Of a stretch of DNA of 64,000 bases, positions 29,675-38,956 are shown piece after piece. The stretch spans positions 66,462-130,461 of the forward strand of contig CAIRNS010000028.1 of assembly GCA_903880015.1 (NCBI GenBank), in the 5' to 3' direction. The translations under genes were made by a program, and so were the position numbers. The notes beneath the pieces are model-generated. The model was given only the letters and a program-made list of their open reading frames with translations, did not search any database and was not told the DNA's origin. The stretch is from an uncultured Elusimicrobia bacterium (GTDB lineage Bacteria > Elusimicrobiota > Endomicrobiia > Endomicrobiales > CAIRNS01). Each line of letters begins with the position of its first letter. Positions within the stretch are counted from its first letter, which is position 1.

Positions 29675-30366
29675 TGATTCTAAAAAAGATTGTCGTGGTT
29701 GACGATGACGAACACATCCGCAGTCTGGTAACCGATATCCTGGAGCGCGAGAAGTACATGGTTATTGCCTGTTCAGACACCGAGGAGGGCTATAAACGCA
29801 TTGTTAAGTCTCAGCCCGATTTGGTAATTCTGGATGTTAAAATGCCGCGCATCGGGGGCATTGAACTGTGCCGAATGATGCGTGAAAATCCGGCTGTCAA
29901 AAATATCCCCGTCATCATGCTGACGGTCGAATCATCGGAAACGGATAAAGTTATCGGGCTTGAAGTCGGCGCCGACGACTATATTACGAAGCCGTTCTCG
30001 GGCAGGGAACTGATGGCACGGGTAAAATCCCTGATGCGCCGGGCTACGCGGACCGACGATGTAGAAATTATTAAAGTCGACGGCTTGGAGATGAACATGG
30101 TATCCCGGACGGTAGTGCTCAACAAAAAAGAAGTTGAACTGCGTCCCAAAGAATTTGATTTGCTGCAGCTGTTCATTCAAAAACCGAATGTGGTGTTGTC
30201 ACGCGAGTATATTCTTGAAAATGTATTTGAATGCCAGGCCATGATCACCACCCGGACGATTGATACGCACATTAAAAATCTGCGTCACGCCCTCGGATCA
30301 TGGGGGAAAAAGATTTCCACCATGTTCGGCCGGGGATTTAAGTTCGTTCCCGAAAACAAGAAATGA
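29671..30366 (+). CDS. OmpR/PhoB-family DNA-binding response regulator
   Basis: REC domain plus a winged-helix output (LRPKEFDLLQLF, IDTHIKNLR, GRGFKF). ATGA overlap with the upstream gene. Confidence 0.9.
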   Translation: MMILKKIVVVDDDEHIRSLVTDILEREKYMVIACSDTEEGYKRIVKSQPDLVILDVKMPRIGGIELCRMMRENPAVKNIPVIMLTVESSETDKVIGLEVGADDYITKPFSGRELMARVKSLMRRATRTDDVEIIKVDGLEMNMVSRTVVLNKKEVELRPKEFDLLQLFIQKPNVVLSREYILENVFECQAMITTRTIDTHIKNLRHALGSWGKKISTMFGRGFKFVPENKK

Positions 30367-31151
30367 AAAAACGAGCCAAAAAAAAATCATCCCGTCATGA
30401 ACCTCAAAAGAAACGGTTGACCGCCCGGGCGGTCAGTGCTTTGTCTCAGGAACACGAGCGGCTGGTTGCCGCCATCGCCGCCAAATATCACACCTATTTT
30501 CCCAGCATCGCGTTGGATGAACTCATTGCTGAGGGAAATCGCGGTCTTTTGGAAGCGGCAAAACGGTACGATCCATATCGGAAGGTTAAGTTCTCGACAT
30601 ATGCCTGGTTTTGGATCATGAAGAACATGAAAGAATATGTGACGGAAGATGTGGCTATCATAGATATTCCGCGAGCTATTATCAGCGATGTCCGCAGGGT
30701 GACGGCGACCATGGACAGCGCCGCAAAACAGGGAAAAAAGATTTCTCCGTCAGCAATCGCGCGGCAGTTGGACATGCCGGTCGATGAAGTGCGCGGTCTT
30801 CTCAGAGATCGGGGAACCATTACCCGCGTGATGTCCATCGACAAATATCTTAACGACGAGGACCGGACGCAGACCATCGCCGATGTTCTCGTCGATCCGT
30901 CAGATTCTTCCGGACCCGCGGTGTTCGACGCCTCAGCGGCTTCCGCCGGTGTCAGGGATGTTATTGACCATTTGTCTCCCATGGAACGAGCAGTTGTCGA
31001 ATTGCGTTTCGGAATGCGGGGCGCCGCGCCGTTGAAGCTCAATGAAACCGCAAAAAAACTGAAATTGAGTGCGGCAAAAGTAAGGGATATCGAATCAATC
31101 GCGCGGTTAAAGCTCAGAAAACTCTTACGGGATCACCATGACAATGCGTAA
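30363..31151 (+). CDS. Sigma-70 family RNA polymerase sigma factor (group 3-like)
   Basis: Region 2 (LIAEGNRGLLEAAKRYDP...FSTYAWFWI) and region 4 (LKLNETAKKLKLSAAKVRDIE). ATGA overlap with the upstream gene. Confidence 0.8.
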   Translation: MKKRAKKKSSRHEPQKKRLTARAVSALSQEHERLVAAIAAKYHTYFPSIALDELIAEGNRGLLEAAKRYDPYRKVKFSTYAWFWIMKNMKEYVTEDVAIIDIPRAIISDVRRVTATMDSAAKQGKKISPSAIARQLDMPVDEVRGLLRDRGTITRVMSIDKYLNDEDRTQTIADVLVDPSDSSGPAVFDASAASAGVRDVIDHLSPMERAVVELRFGMRGAAPLKLNETAKKLKLSAAKVRDIESIARLKLRKLLRDHHDNA

Positions 31152-33282
31152 TATAATAACCATTCTTTTGCTGGGTACCTGCACAGCATTCGCCGCGGCC
31201 GGACAGACAGGCCGCACTGCGGCTGATTATCTTAATCTAATGCCCAACGCCCGCGCAGCAGCTATGGGGGACGGCACGATCGCACTGCTGGCTGACGAAC
31301 CGTCCAGCGTCATGGTCAATCCCGCCGCCCTGGCTGGAGTCACCCGCCCGTGGATGGCGTTTCATTACCTCGCTCTGCCGGGGGATATTCCGTATAATTT
31401 CACCAGTTTTTGCATACCGTCCTCTGTGGGTGCCTTGGGGGCGTCGCTTATTTATGTGCCATACGGATCGTCGGCCGGATACGACGCTACTGGGGCGTCA
31501 ATCGATGTGCCGTCGAGTTATGATTCGGCTGTAATGATTAGCGGCGCGATACCCATCGCCGCGCAATTGCCGGTGTACAAGGAGTACGGTTATCTGGGTG
31601 CGTCGCTGAAATTCATGCACGAAGCCCTCGCCTATTATTCGACCGAGGCAATCGCCCTGGACCTTGGCGCCATTATTAATATGCCCTTGGTGCCGGGATT
31701 GACCGCGGGAGCCACCTATAAGAACATAGGCACCGGTATGAAATTTGTCACTGAGGACAACAGTTTGCCCGCAGGGGTCAGTTACGGTATGGCCTATCAT
31801 AATCCTTCGTGGTGGGATATGATTGCCACCGTCGATTCTCTGGCAGCGGCAAACGGTCCCGCACGGATGGCTGCGGGTCTGAGCATCTCGCCCGTTTATT
31901 TTTTGACGATGCGCACGGGCTACCGCGATGACGCAGATTCCCTGGTTAGCGGCATACGTCTGGGGCTGGGGCTTCGGTTCGGCAGTTTTTCACTTGATTA
32001 CGCCTTTACGCCCATCAATTATTTTTCTCCGAAGCATACCCTGAGCGTGTGTATGTCCATCGGGGGGCTCACGCGGATGGATACGGCCTCGGATTATTAT
32101 TTGAATCAACATTTCCGGCAAGCCTGCGAACAATACTACAAAAAAGATTATATCGCCGCGCGTCAGCGGTTCGAGGAAATACTTTCCATTTATCCCGATC
32201 ATTTGCCGTCGCAGAAATATCTGACAAAGATAATCTCGGCGGTTGAAGCCGCTGATCAGCGCAAGCAGGATGCGGTTGAAGAGTGGCTGGTCAAGGCCGA
32301 CGATGCGTTCGAGAAAAAGGATCTTATTACTGCCGGAAAATATTATAACCGGGTACTAAAAATTTCGATGAACAGCGGTATGGCCCAGGGTGGTATTGAC
32401 CGTATCCGACAGATGATCGCCGAAGTGAAACGGGAAAATGATCGGCAGGAGAACCAGGTAGTCATCAATAAAATATGGAAACGCGCGCTTGCCCGTTTTC
32501 ACAAAGGCGATTATGTAAGGGCCAAGGATGATTTCAAGGATATTCTGTATATCGACCCGAAACACACCGAGTCGAAAAAATATCTCGTCGAAATCGACAA
32601 CCAGCTGACGAAAATAGCCGCCGCGCGTATCAACGAACTTTTTGATCAGGGCATGAAATTGTACAAAAGCGGCAATTACGCCGAGGCGATAAAGTATTTC
32701 GATGCGGTATTTATTGCGGCGCCCCACCGCCTTGATGCGCAGGATCTTTCGCTTAAGGCGCAGGAGTCGATTAGCGCCGCTCAGCTCAAACTTCACGATT
32801 CCGCGGTAGCCAAGGAACAGGACCTGAACCGCAGCGAAATGGCAGCATTGTTCGATAAAGCGCTCAAATATTACGAAAAAGCCAATTATGAGACGGCTTT
32901 GACATGGTTCACCAAAAGTGAAACGTTTGCGTCAGAGCATGAGTTTACCGAATTCCGGGAAAGCGCCCGTAATTATCTGACGTTGGTCAAAAACACGCTG
33001 GCGGAGAAACACTATAAGCGCGGCTTTAATTACGCCCGCGGCAACGATATTGAGCGGGCTGCCGAAGAATATAAAAAGGCGCTCGAGTATGAGCCCACCA
33101 ACACATCGGCGCAGATAGAACTTGACCGTATCAGCGACGATATCGCCCAGCGGTATTTCGAACGCGGTATGGAATTCTTTTCACTCAATCAGATGGATAA
33201 AGCACGGGAAATGTTTAAAAAATCGCTGTCGTATCAGCCCGATAAGGCCGAGTCGCAACGGGCGCTGGAACGGATAAAATAA
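31138..33282 (+). CDS. PorV/PorQ-like outer-membrane beta-barrel fused to a long TPR array
   Basis: Signal peptide, then TAADYLNL..ARAAAMGDG..ADEPSSVMVNPAALAG. The C-terminal ~400 aa are TPR-like (repeated Y..A...F...L...P). Confidence 0.5.
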   Translation: MTMRNIITILLLGTCTAFAAAGQTGRTAADYLNLMPNARAAAMGDGTIALLADEPSSVMVNPAALAGVTRPWMAFHYLALPGDIPYNFTSFCIPSSVGALGASLIYVPYGSSAGYDATGASIDVPSSYDSAVMISGAIPIAAQLPVYKEYGYLGASLKFMHEALAYYSTEAIALDLGAIINMPLVPGLTAGATYKNIGTGMKFVTEDNSLPAGVSYGMAYHNPSWWDMIATVDSLAAANGPARMAAGLSISPVYFLTMRTGYRDDADSLVSGIRLGLGLRFGSFSLDYAFTPINYFSPKHTLSVCMSIGGLTRMDTASDYYLNQHFRQACEQYYKKDYIAARQRFEEILSIYPDHLPSQKYLTKIISAVEAADQRKQDAVEEWLVKADDAFEKKDLITAGKYYNRVLKISMNSGMAQGGIDRIRQMIAEVKRENDRQENQVVINKIWKRALARFHKGDYVRAKDDFKDILYIDPKHTESKKYLVEIDNQLTKIAAARINELFDQGMKLYKSGNYAEAIKYFDAVFIAAPHRLDAQDLSLKAQESISAAQLKLHDSAVAKEQDLNRSEMAALFDKALKYYEKANYETALTWFTKSETFASEHEFTEFRESARNYLTLVKNTLAEKHYKRGFNYARGNDIERAAEEYKKALEYEPTNTSAQIELDRISDDIAQRYFERGMEFFSLNQMDKAREMFKKSLSYQPDKAESQRALERIK

Positions 33283-33311
33283 GGGACATCTGATTAACAA
33301 ATCCCCCTTAG

Positions 33312-33332
33312 TCCCCCTTTGTCAAAGGGGGA
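33312..33332 (+). other. Strong GC hairpin after the TPR-barrel gene (no U-tract)
   Basis: TCCCCCTTT-GTC-AAAGGGGGA: 9-bp stem with a 3-nt loop. Confidence 0.35.
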
Positions 33333-33375
33333 GAGAGGCGCGGATGTGAACATGCGGGAACATGAAGGATATTTT

Positions 33376-33738
33376 ATGAAAAGATTTGTTTTTCTTGCGG
33401 CGGCGTTTATGGCAATAAGCACGGTGTGTCACGCCGATGTAATCGCGTACCCCAATCCGTGGATTCCTGAAGATACCCACTCATTGCGCGGGAATCTTGC
33501 CGATGGAATCACATTTGCTGCAGGGAAAGGTGTTCCTATCAGCGGCGCGTGCGATATTTCTATCTATACTATTTCGGGGAATCTGGTCAGTCATCGTGCG
33601 CTGGGCGCTTCCGATGCGAAAAAGTGGATGGGTAAAAACGACAACGATAATGGAAAATATGTCGCCAGTGGCGTCTATCTATGGGTCGTCAAAACAGCCC
33701 AAGAAACCAAAACAGGCAAAATAGTCGTCGTCCGGTAA
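33376..33738 (+). CDS. Small secreted protein consisting of a T9SS-CTD-like / FlgD-Ig-like beta-sandwich
   Basis: Signal peptide, then YPNPW..., ISIYTISGNLV, SGVYLWVV, TGKIVVVR-end. Confidence 0.45.
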   Translation: MKRFVFLAAAFMAISTVCHADVIAYPNPWIPEDTHSLRGNLADGITFAAGKGVPISGACDISIYTISGNLVSHRALGASDAKKWMGKNDNDNGKYVASGVYLWVVKTAQETKTGKIVVVR

Positions 33739-33806
33739 TCCCCCTGTTTATGCCCGTTCCACTGTCTTTGCATTATCTTTATGGGGCGGGAGTTGCGTCC
33801 GCCTTA

Positions 33807-33898
33807 TTGTCATTCCCGAGGGTGTAATAGGGAATATGGTGTTGGTGTTTTATTTTGAGAAGAACCATATCCCCGATAGAATCACTCGGGGATGACAA
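33807..33898. repeat. Hairpin (MITE/REP-like) element, family 1, copy 1
   Basis: Near-identical to 35800-35887. It has internal inverted repeats (GTCATTCCCGAG.../...CTCGGGGATGAC and GGGAATATGGT/ACCATATCCCC). Confidence 0.7.
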
Positions 33899-33976
33899 GC
33901 AAGCGAGACAGTCGGAGAAGACAAGCAGGCGAGACATTCGGTGATAACGAACGAGAGCGAAACATTCGGTAGTGGC
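33886..33976. repeat. Tandem 26-28-nt repeats (about 3.4 units) extending from the right arm of element copy 1
   Basis: Units TCGGGGATGACAAGCAAGCGAGACAG / TCGGAGAAGACAAGCAGGCGAGACAT / TCGGTGATAACGAACGAGAGCGAAACAT / TCGGTAGTGG... Confidence 0.6.
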
Positions 33977-34007
33977 AGTGCAAAATCAGTTACTTAACGG
34001 AGCAGAT

Positions 34008-35789
34008 ATGAAACGCACTCATTATTGTGGAGCAGTCAAGGTTTCAGATATCGGGACGACGGTGAATGTGTGCGGTTGGGTGCATGCGCGTCGCGATCAT
34101 GGCGGCGTAGTTTTTATTGATTTGCGCGATCGCGAAGGGATTGTTCAGGTTGTTTTTCACCCGGAAAACAAAGATATTTTCTCCGTTGCAGAAAAACTGC
34201 GCAGTGAGTTTGTCGTGGAAATCGTCGGTATAGTGCGCCAGCGGCCGGCGGGTACCGAAAATCCCCATATGTTGACCGGTCAGGTCGAAGTGGTCTCTGA
34301 CGCTATCACCATCATCAACAGCGCGCCGGGCCTCCCGTTTGAAATTTCTGATTTTTCCGATGTTTCTGAAGATATCCGCCTGAAGTACCGGTATCTTGAT
34401 CTCCGGAAACCGAAAATAATGAAGCATTTTCTTGTCCGCCACAAACTTCTTCAGGCAACCCGCAAACATCTTGATGCACAGGGATTCATTGAAGTGGAGA
34501 CGCCGATGCTGGGCAAAACCACGCCTGAAGGCGCCCGGGAATTTATCGTTCCCTCGCGGCTCAACGAGGGACATTTTTTCGCTTTACCGCAATCTCCGCA
34601 GATTTATAAACAGATATTGATGGTGGCGGGCTTCGACAAATATTTTCAGATTGTCCGCTGCTTCCGTGACGAGGATTTGCGCGCCGACCGTCAACCCGAG
34701 TTTACCCAGATAGATCTTGAACTTTCTTTTGTCGATGAGCAGGATGTCATGAAGGCGACCGAGGAAATGGTTGCGACGCTGCTTAAGGAAGTGTTTGAAC
34801 GGGATGTTGTTACGCCGTTTCCGCGCCTGTCCTACGCTGAAGCCATGTTGCGGTATGGTTCCGATAAACCGGATACACGCTTTGCGCTTGAGATAGTTGA
34901 TTTGTCAGCGGATGTCGCTTCTTGCGGTTTTAAGGTGTTTGCCGAGGCCGTTGCCAAGGGCGGTGTTGTGCGGGGTCTGCGCGTGCCTGCCGGCGGGGTA
35001 TTTTCCCGTTCGGAGATTGATGGATTGACCGCTTTTGTCGGCCAATACGGTGCGCGGGGGCTTGCGTGGATGAAGGTGACGGACAAAGGCCTTGAATCAA
35101 ATATCGTCAAGTTTTTTTCACCCGCGGAGCTTTCTGTGATACAGACAAAAATGGTTGCCGGCGTGGGCGACCTGTTGCTGTTCCTGGCAGATACCCCGAA
35201 AGTGGCTGCCGAAGGGTTGGGTGCGTTACGGATGAAAATTGCGCGGCAGTTGAATCTTATTGACGCGACGAAATTTAATTTCCTTTGGGTTGTCGATTTC
35301 CCACTGGTGGAATGGGACGCTGATGAAAAACGCTGGAACGCCATGCATCATCCTTTCACTTCCCCTAAAACGGAAGACCTTGCACTTTTGAACGATCCTT
35401 CATCGCCGGCGGCAGGGAATATTCGCGCACGGGCGTACGACATTGTTCTAAACGGGGTGGAGCTCGGCGGCGGTTCCATCCGTATCCATCAGCAGGACAT
35501 TCAGAAAAAAATGTTTGCGTTCCTTAATATCGGCGAGGTTGAATCACAGGAAAAGTTTGGCTATCTTCTTGAGGCCTTGTCATTCGGCGCACCGCCGCAC
35601 GGTGGTATCGCGCTCGGGTTCGATCGGTTCTGCGCCCTGCTCATGGGGGAAGAATCCATCCGTGAAGTTATCGCGTTCCCGAAAACCCAGAAGGCGGCCT
35701 GCCCGCTGACAAACGCCCCGGGAGTGGTCAGCGAGCGCCAACTAAAAGAGCTGGGCATTAAACTAAAAGAAACAGCACAACCGCAGTAA
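34008..35789 (+). CDS. aspS: Aspartyl-tRNA synthetase (bacterial type)
   Basis: OB fold N-terminus (GWVHARRDHGGVVFIDLRD), class II motifs (FRDEDLRADRQPEFTQ, GGGSIRIH, GIALGFDR). The start is taken at the internal Met. Confidence 0.95.
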   Translation: MKRTHYCGAVKVSDIGTTVNVCGWVHARRDHGGVVFIDLRDREGIVQVVFHPENKDIFSVAEKLRSEFVVEIVGIVRQRPAGTENPHMLTGQVEVVSDAITIINSAPGLPFEISDFSDVSEDIRLKYRYLDLRKPKIMKHFLVRHKLLQATRKHLDAQGFIEVETPMLGKTTPEGAREFIVPSRLNEGHFFALPQSPQIYKQILMVAGFDKYFQIVRCFRDEDLRADRQPEFTQIDLELSFVDEQDVMKATEEMVATLLKEVFERDVVTPFPRLSYAEAMLRYGSDKPDTRFALEIVDLSADVASCGFKVFAEAVAKGGVVRGLRVPAGGVFSRSEIDGLTAFVGQYGARGLAWMKVTDKGLESNIVKFFSPAELSVIQTKMVAGVGDLLLFLADTPKVAAEGLGALRMKIARQLNLIDATKFNFLWVVDFPLVEWDADEKRWNAMHHPFTSPKTEDLALLNDPSSPAAGNIRARAYDIVLNGVELGGGSIRIHQQDIQKKMFAFLNIGEVESQEKFGYLLEALSFGAPPHGGIALGFDRFCALLMGEESIREVIAFPKTQKAACPLTNAPGVVSERQLKELGIKLKETAQPQ

Positions 35790-35799
35790 CAACAATAGA

Positions 35800-35887
35800 T
35801 TGTCATTCCCGAGGGTGTAATCGGGAATATGGTGTTGGTGTTTTTTGCAAAGAACCATATCCCCGATAGAATCATTCGGGGATGACA
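35800..35887. repeat. Hairpin (MITE/REP-like) element, family 1, copy 2
   Basis: Direct repeat of 33807-33898, starting 11 nt after the aspS stop. About 1.4 tandem units follow it (35875-35915). Confidence 0.7.
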
Positions 35888-35917
35888 GACGCAAGCGAAT
35901 CATTCGGGGAATGTTCA

Positions 35918-36772
35918 ATGTTGTGTGACATCTTCAAACAAAAAAAATTCATTATAACGGCTGAATTGTTCCCGCCGAAAGGGACCGATATCACGGACCT
36001 TATGCGCCGTGCCGATCTTATAGGACAGCTCGTTGACGGGATAAATGTGACCGATAACCAGCGGGCCTCTATGCGCTTGGGGTCAATCGCCGTGTGCCGT
36101 TTGCTCAAAGAGCGCGGGTACCGTCCCATCATGCAGATGACCTGCCGCGACCGCAACCGTCTCGCTCTTCAGTCGGATTTACTCAGTGCTTTCGTGCTGG
36201 GGATTGACGATATTCTTATGTTAAGCGGCGATCATCCCCGTGCAGGTGAATATACTGAACTCAGCGGTGTGTATGATCTCGACCCCGTTCAGCTGATTGC
36301 TGCCGCGCGCGGTCTTGAGTCGGGCGTAGACCTTGCGGGCAAAAAACTCAAAGGGGCGCCGAAGTTTTGCATCGGTGCCGTCGTCAACCCCACCTCGACG
36401 CCGCAGGAGCTCCAGATTCTGATGCTGCAGAAAAAGATTGCCGCGGGTGCGCAATTTTTTCAGACGCAAACAATCTTTGATGTTGAACAATATAAACGGT
36501 TTCACGAAAAAATAAATCATTTCCCGGCGAAGGTCCTTCCCGGCGTTACCCTGCTGAAATCCCCCGCGTTTGTCGCGTTTATGCAGGCCCTACCCGGCGT
36601 TACCATCCCGCCGGCGTTCGTTGATCGGATAAAAAACGCTGCGGACCCTCTTGCCGAGGGCATCGAGATTTGCGCTGAAACCATTCGGGAGCTCAAAACC
36701 TTCACCGCAGGCGTCCACATCATGGCCATCGGTATGGAGCAATACATCCCCGAAATCCTGGCAAAAGTGTAA
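35918..36772 (+). CDS. metF: Methylenetetrahydrofolate reductase (short MetF type)
   Basis: AELFPPKG, DGINVTDN and the MTCRDRN pattern. The start is taken at the Met after the repeat element. Confidence 0.75.
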   Translation: MLCDIFKQKKFIITAELFPPKGTDITDLMRRADLIGQLVDGINVTDNQRASMRLGSIAVCRLLKERGYRPIMQMTCRDRNRLALQSDLLSAFVLGIDDILMLSGDHPRAGEYTELSGVYDLDPVQLIAAARGLESGVDLAGKKLKGAPKFCIGAVVNPTSTPQELQILMLQKKIAAGAQFFQTQTIFDVEQYKRFHEKINHFPAKVLPGVTLLKSPAFVAFMQALPGVTIPPAFVDRIKNAADPLAEGIEICAETIRELKTFTAGVHIMAIGMEQYIPEILAKV

Positions 36773-36813
36773 TCCGTCCAATAATTAAACACATATAAAG
36801 GCACCTTACTGAA

Positions 36814-37872
36814 ATGCTTGAACTGTCGCTGATTATTATCATTCTTCTTGTCCTTGTCCTCCCGGTGGCTATATCCGCGGTGGAGCGACAGTTGGAATTG
36901 TTTCTGTTTGTTATGGGGATTGTCGCTGTTTCGCTGACACATGCGCTCGGCACGGCGCCTGTATGGAGCGGACAGCTATTCAAAGAAATTATCAAAGATC
37001 CTTTGCCTATTACCGTGGCGGTGCTGGTGGCCGGAATGCTGGTATGGCGGTTTCGTCAAAACATAACGGGCGCAATCGTTGCGGCGCATATGCGTGTGGG
37101 GTTCAGATTATTTGTCTTTCTGCTGGTGGTCACACTGGGGTTGGTGTCCAGTGTGATTACTGCTATAATGGCTGCCATTGTTCTGGTCGAAGTGGTAAGC
37201 GCGATTGGCTACAGTAAACAGGTTGAAGCGAAGTTGGTGGTGCTCGGATGTTTTTCAATCGGGCTGGGCGCAGCCCTGACGCCCATCGGCGAGCCGCTGT
37301 CCACCATCTGTATTGCGAAACTCAGGGGCGAGCCGTATCATGCGGATTTTTTCTTCCTTCTGCGTCATATCGGCCTATGGGTGATGCCGGGCATACTGGC
37401 AATCGGCGCTCTGGCAGCACTCCTTGAACCGTCGGCGCCGCACGAACAATCGCAGGGCGGGTATCGAGAAGAAAAGTTCGAGACTCTGCGCGACATCGTT
37501 ACGCGGGCGGGAAAAGTATATGTGTTCATTGCCGCGTTGATACTGCTGGGAGCCGGGTTTAAGCCGGTCATTGATCGGTACATAATCGGACTGCCTACTG
37601 CCGCACTGTACTGGTTAAATACTATTTCGGCGGTTGTCGATAACGCCACATTGACCGCCGCGGAAATCAGCCCGCTGATGCATCCCGATCAGTTGCGCGC
37701 GATACTCTTGGGCTTATTGATTGCCGGCGGGATGTTGATACCGGGGAATATTCCCAACATTATTTGTGCCGGGCGGTTGAAGATAAAAAGCAGGGATTGG
37801 GCGCGTATCGGTGTGCCGGTGGGATTAGGGATTATGGTTGTTTATTTTATACTACTCGAGGTAATCACATGA
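36814..37872 (+). CDS. Polytopic membrane protein, DUF1646-like putative cation transporter
   Basis: About 10 TM segments. The family assignment is from memory of the N-terminal pattern only. Confidence 0.4.
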   Translation: MLELSLIIIILLVLVLPVAISAVERQLELFLFVMGIVAVSLTHALGTAPVWSGQLFKEIIKDPLPITVAVLVAGMLVWRFRQNITGAIVAAHMRVGFRLFVFLLVVTLGLVSSVITAIMAAIVLVEVVSAIGYSKQVEAKLVVLGCFSIGLGAALTPIGEPLSTICIAKLRGEPYHADFFFLLRHIGLWVMPGILAIGALAALLEPSAPHEQSQGGYREEKFETLRDIVTRAGKVYVFIAALILLGAGFKPVIDRYIIGLPTAALYWLNTISAVVDNATLTAAEISPLMHPDQLRAILLGLLIAGGMLIPGNIPNIICAGRLKIKSRDWARIGVPVGLGIMVVYFILLEVIT

Positions 37873-38876
37873 ATCAGGTCAACAAAAACAATTGCGATTT
37901 GCAAACATTCGGGACTGTCGTCGGGTTCCGGGAAGATGTCAAAGTTCTCGACTGTACGGTACGGGACGGCGGGCTTATCAATAGCCACCATTTCGACGAT
38001 GGATTTGTCAAGGCGGTATATGCAACCTGCGTTGCTGCCGGTATTCATTATATGGAGCTTGGGTATAAAGGGTCTAAAAAAATATTCGCTCCCGCAAAGT
38101 ACGGTATTTGGAAATACTGCGATGAAGACGACATTCGCCGGATTGTCGGTGACAACAAAACGGGCACCAAGCTTTCCGTCATGGCTGATGTGGAGCGGAC
38201 GGACTATCACACCGATATTCTGCCGAAGAACAAAAGCGTCATCGACCTCATTCGTGTGGCGACCTATATTCATCAAATCCCGACCGCTATTGACATGATA
38301 AAAGACGCTCACGACAAGGGTTATGAAACTACCGTGAACCTGATGGCGGTATCCATCGTCAGCGACAAGGATCTCTATGACGCCCTCGAGCTGTTCGTCA
38401 CCAGCCCCGTTGATACCATCTATCTGGTGGACAGTTTTGGCTCATTTTTCCCCAAACAGGTGCGGGAGATGACCGCCAAGTTCCGGGAAATAGTTAAAGG
38501 CACGGATAAACAAATCGGTATTCATGCTCACAACAATCAACAATTGGCGTACGCCAACACCATTGACGCGCTTATTTACGGAGCCAGTTTATTGGATGTC
38601 ACCATCAACGGGATGGGTCGGGGCGCCGGCAATTGCCCGATGGAGCTTCTGCTCGGATTTCTAAAAAATCCCCGCTTTGATCTCCGCCCGGTGCTCGAAT
38701 GCATACAAAAAACTTTCGTGCCCCTGCGTCATCAAATGAAGTGGGGCTACGCCATCCCGTATATGATCGGTGGCCAGCTCAATCAACATCCCCGTGCCGC
38801 AATCGAGGTAGTAGAAGGTCAGCATCCTGACGATTTTCTCGCATTCTACGACCGGGTGATTCAGGAAGAATCCTAA
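37869..38876 (+). CDS. HMGL-like (DRE-TIM) aldolase / pyruvate carboxyltransferase domain protein
   Basis: LDCTVRDGG at the N-terminus, IHAHNNQQLA, GMGRGAGNCPMELL. ATGA overlap with the upstream gene. Confidence 0.65.
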   Translation: MNQVNKNNCDLQTFGTVVGFREDVKVLDCTVRDGGLINSHHFDDGFVKAVYATCVAAGIHYMELGYKGSKKIFAPAKYGIWKYCDEDDIRRIVGDNKTGTKLSVMADVERTDYHTDILPKNKSVIDLIRVATYIHQIPTAIDMIKDAHDKGYETTVNLMAVSIVSDKDLYDALELFVTSPVDTIYLVDSFGSFFPKQVREMTAKFREIVKGTDKQIGIHAHNNQQLAYANTIDALIYGASLLDVTINGMGRGAGNCPMELLLGFLKNPRFDLRPVLECIQKTFVPLRHQMKWGYAIPYMIGGQLNQHPRAAIEVVEGQHPDDFLAFYDRVIQEES

Positions 38877-38956
38877 TTTTTTAATCCGCTTTTTTTCTGT
38901 CGGGCAATGACAATAATCCGTATGCGAATAATAGTTTCATGCTGAAGGGGGAGTAT

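Noticed and set aside
33886-33976. Possible CRISPR array, given regularly spaced ~27-nt repeats.
   Set aside because: The units are directly adjacent with no spacers, diverge progressively, and no cas genes are present. This is a plain tandem repeat.
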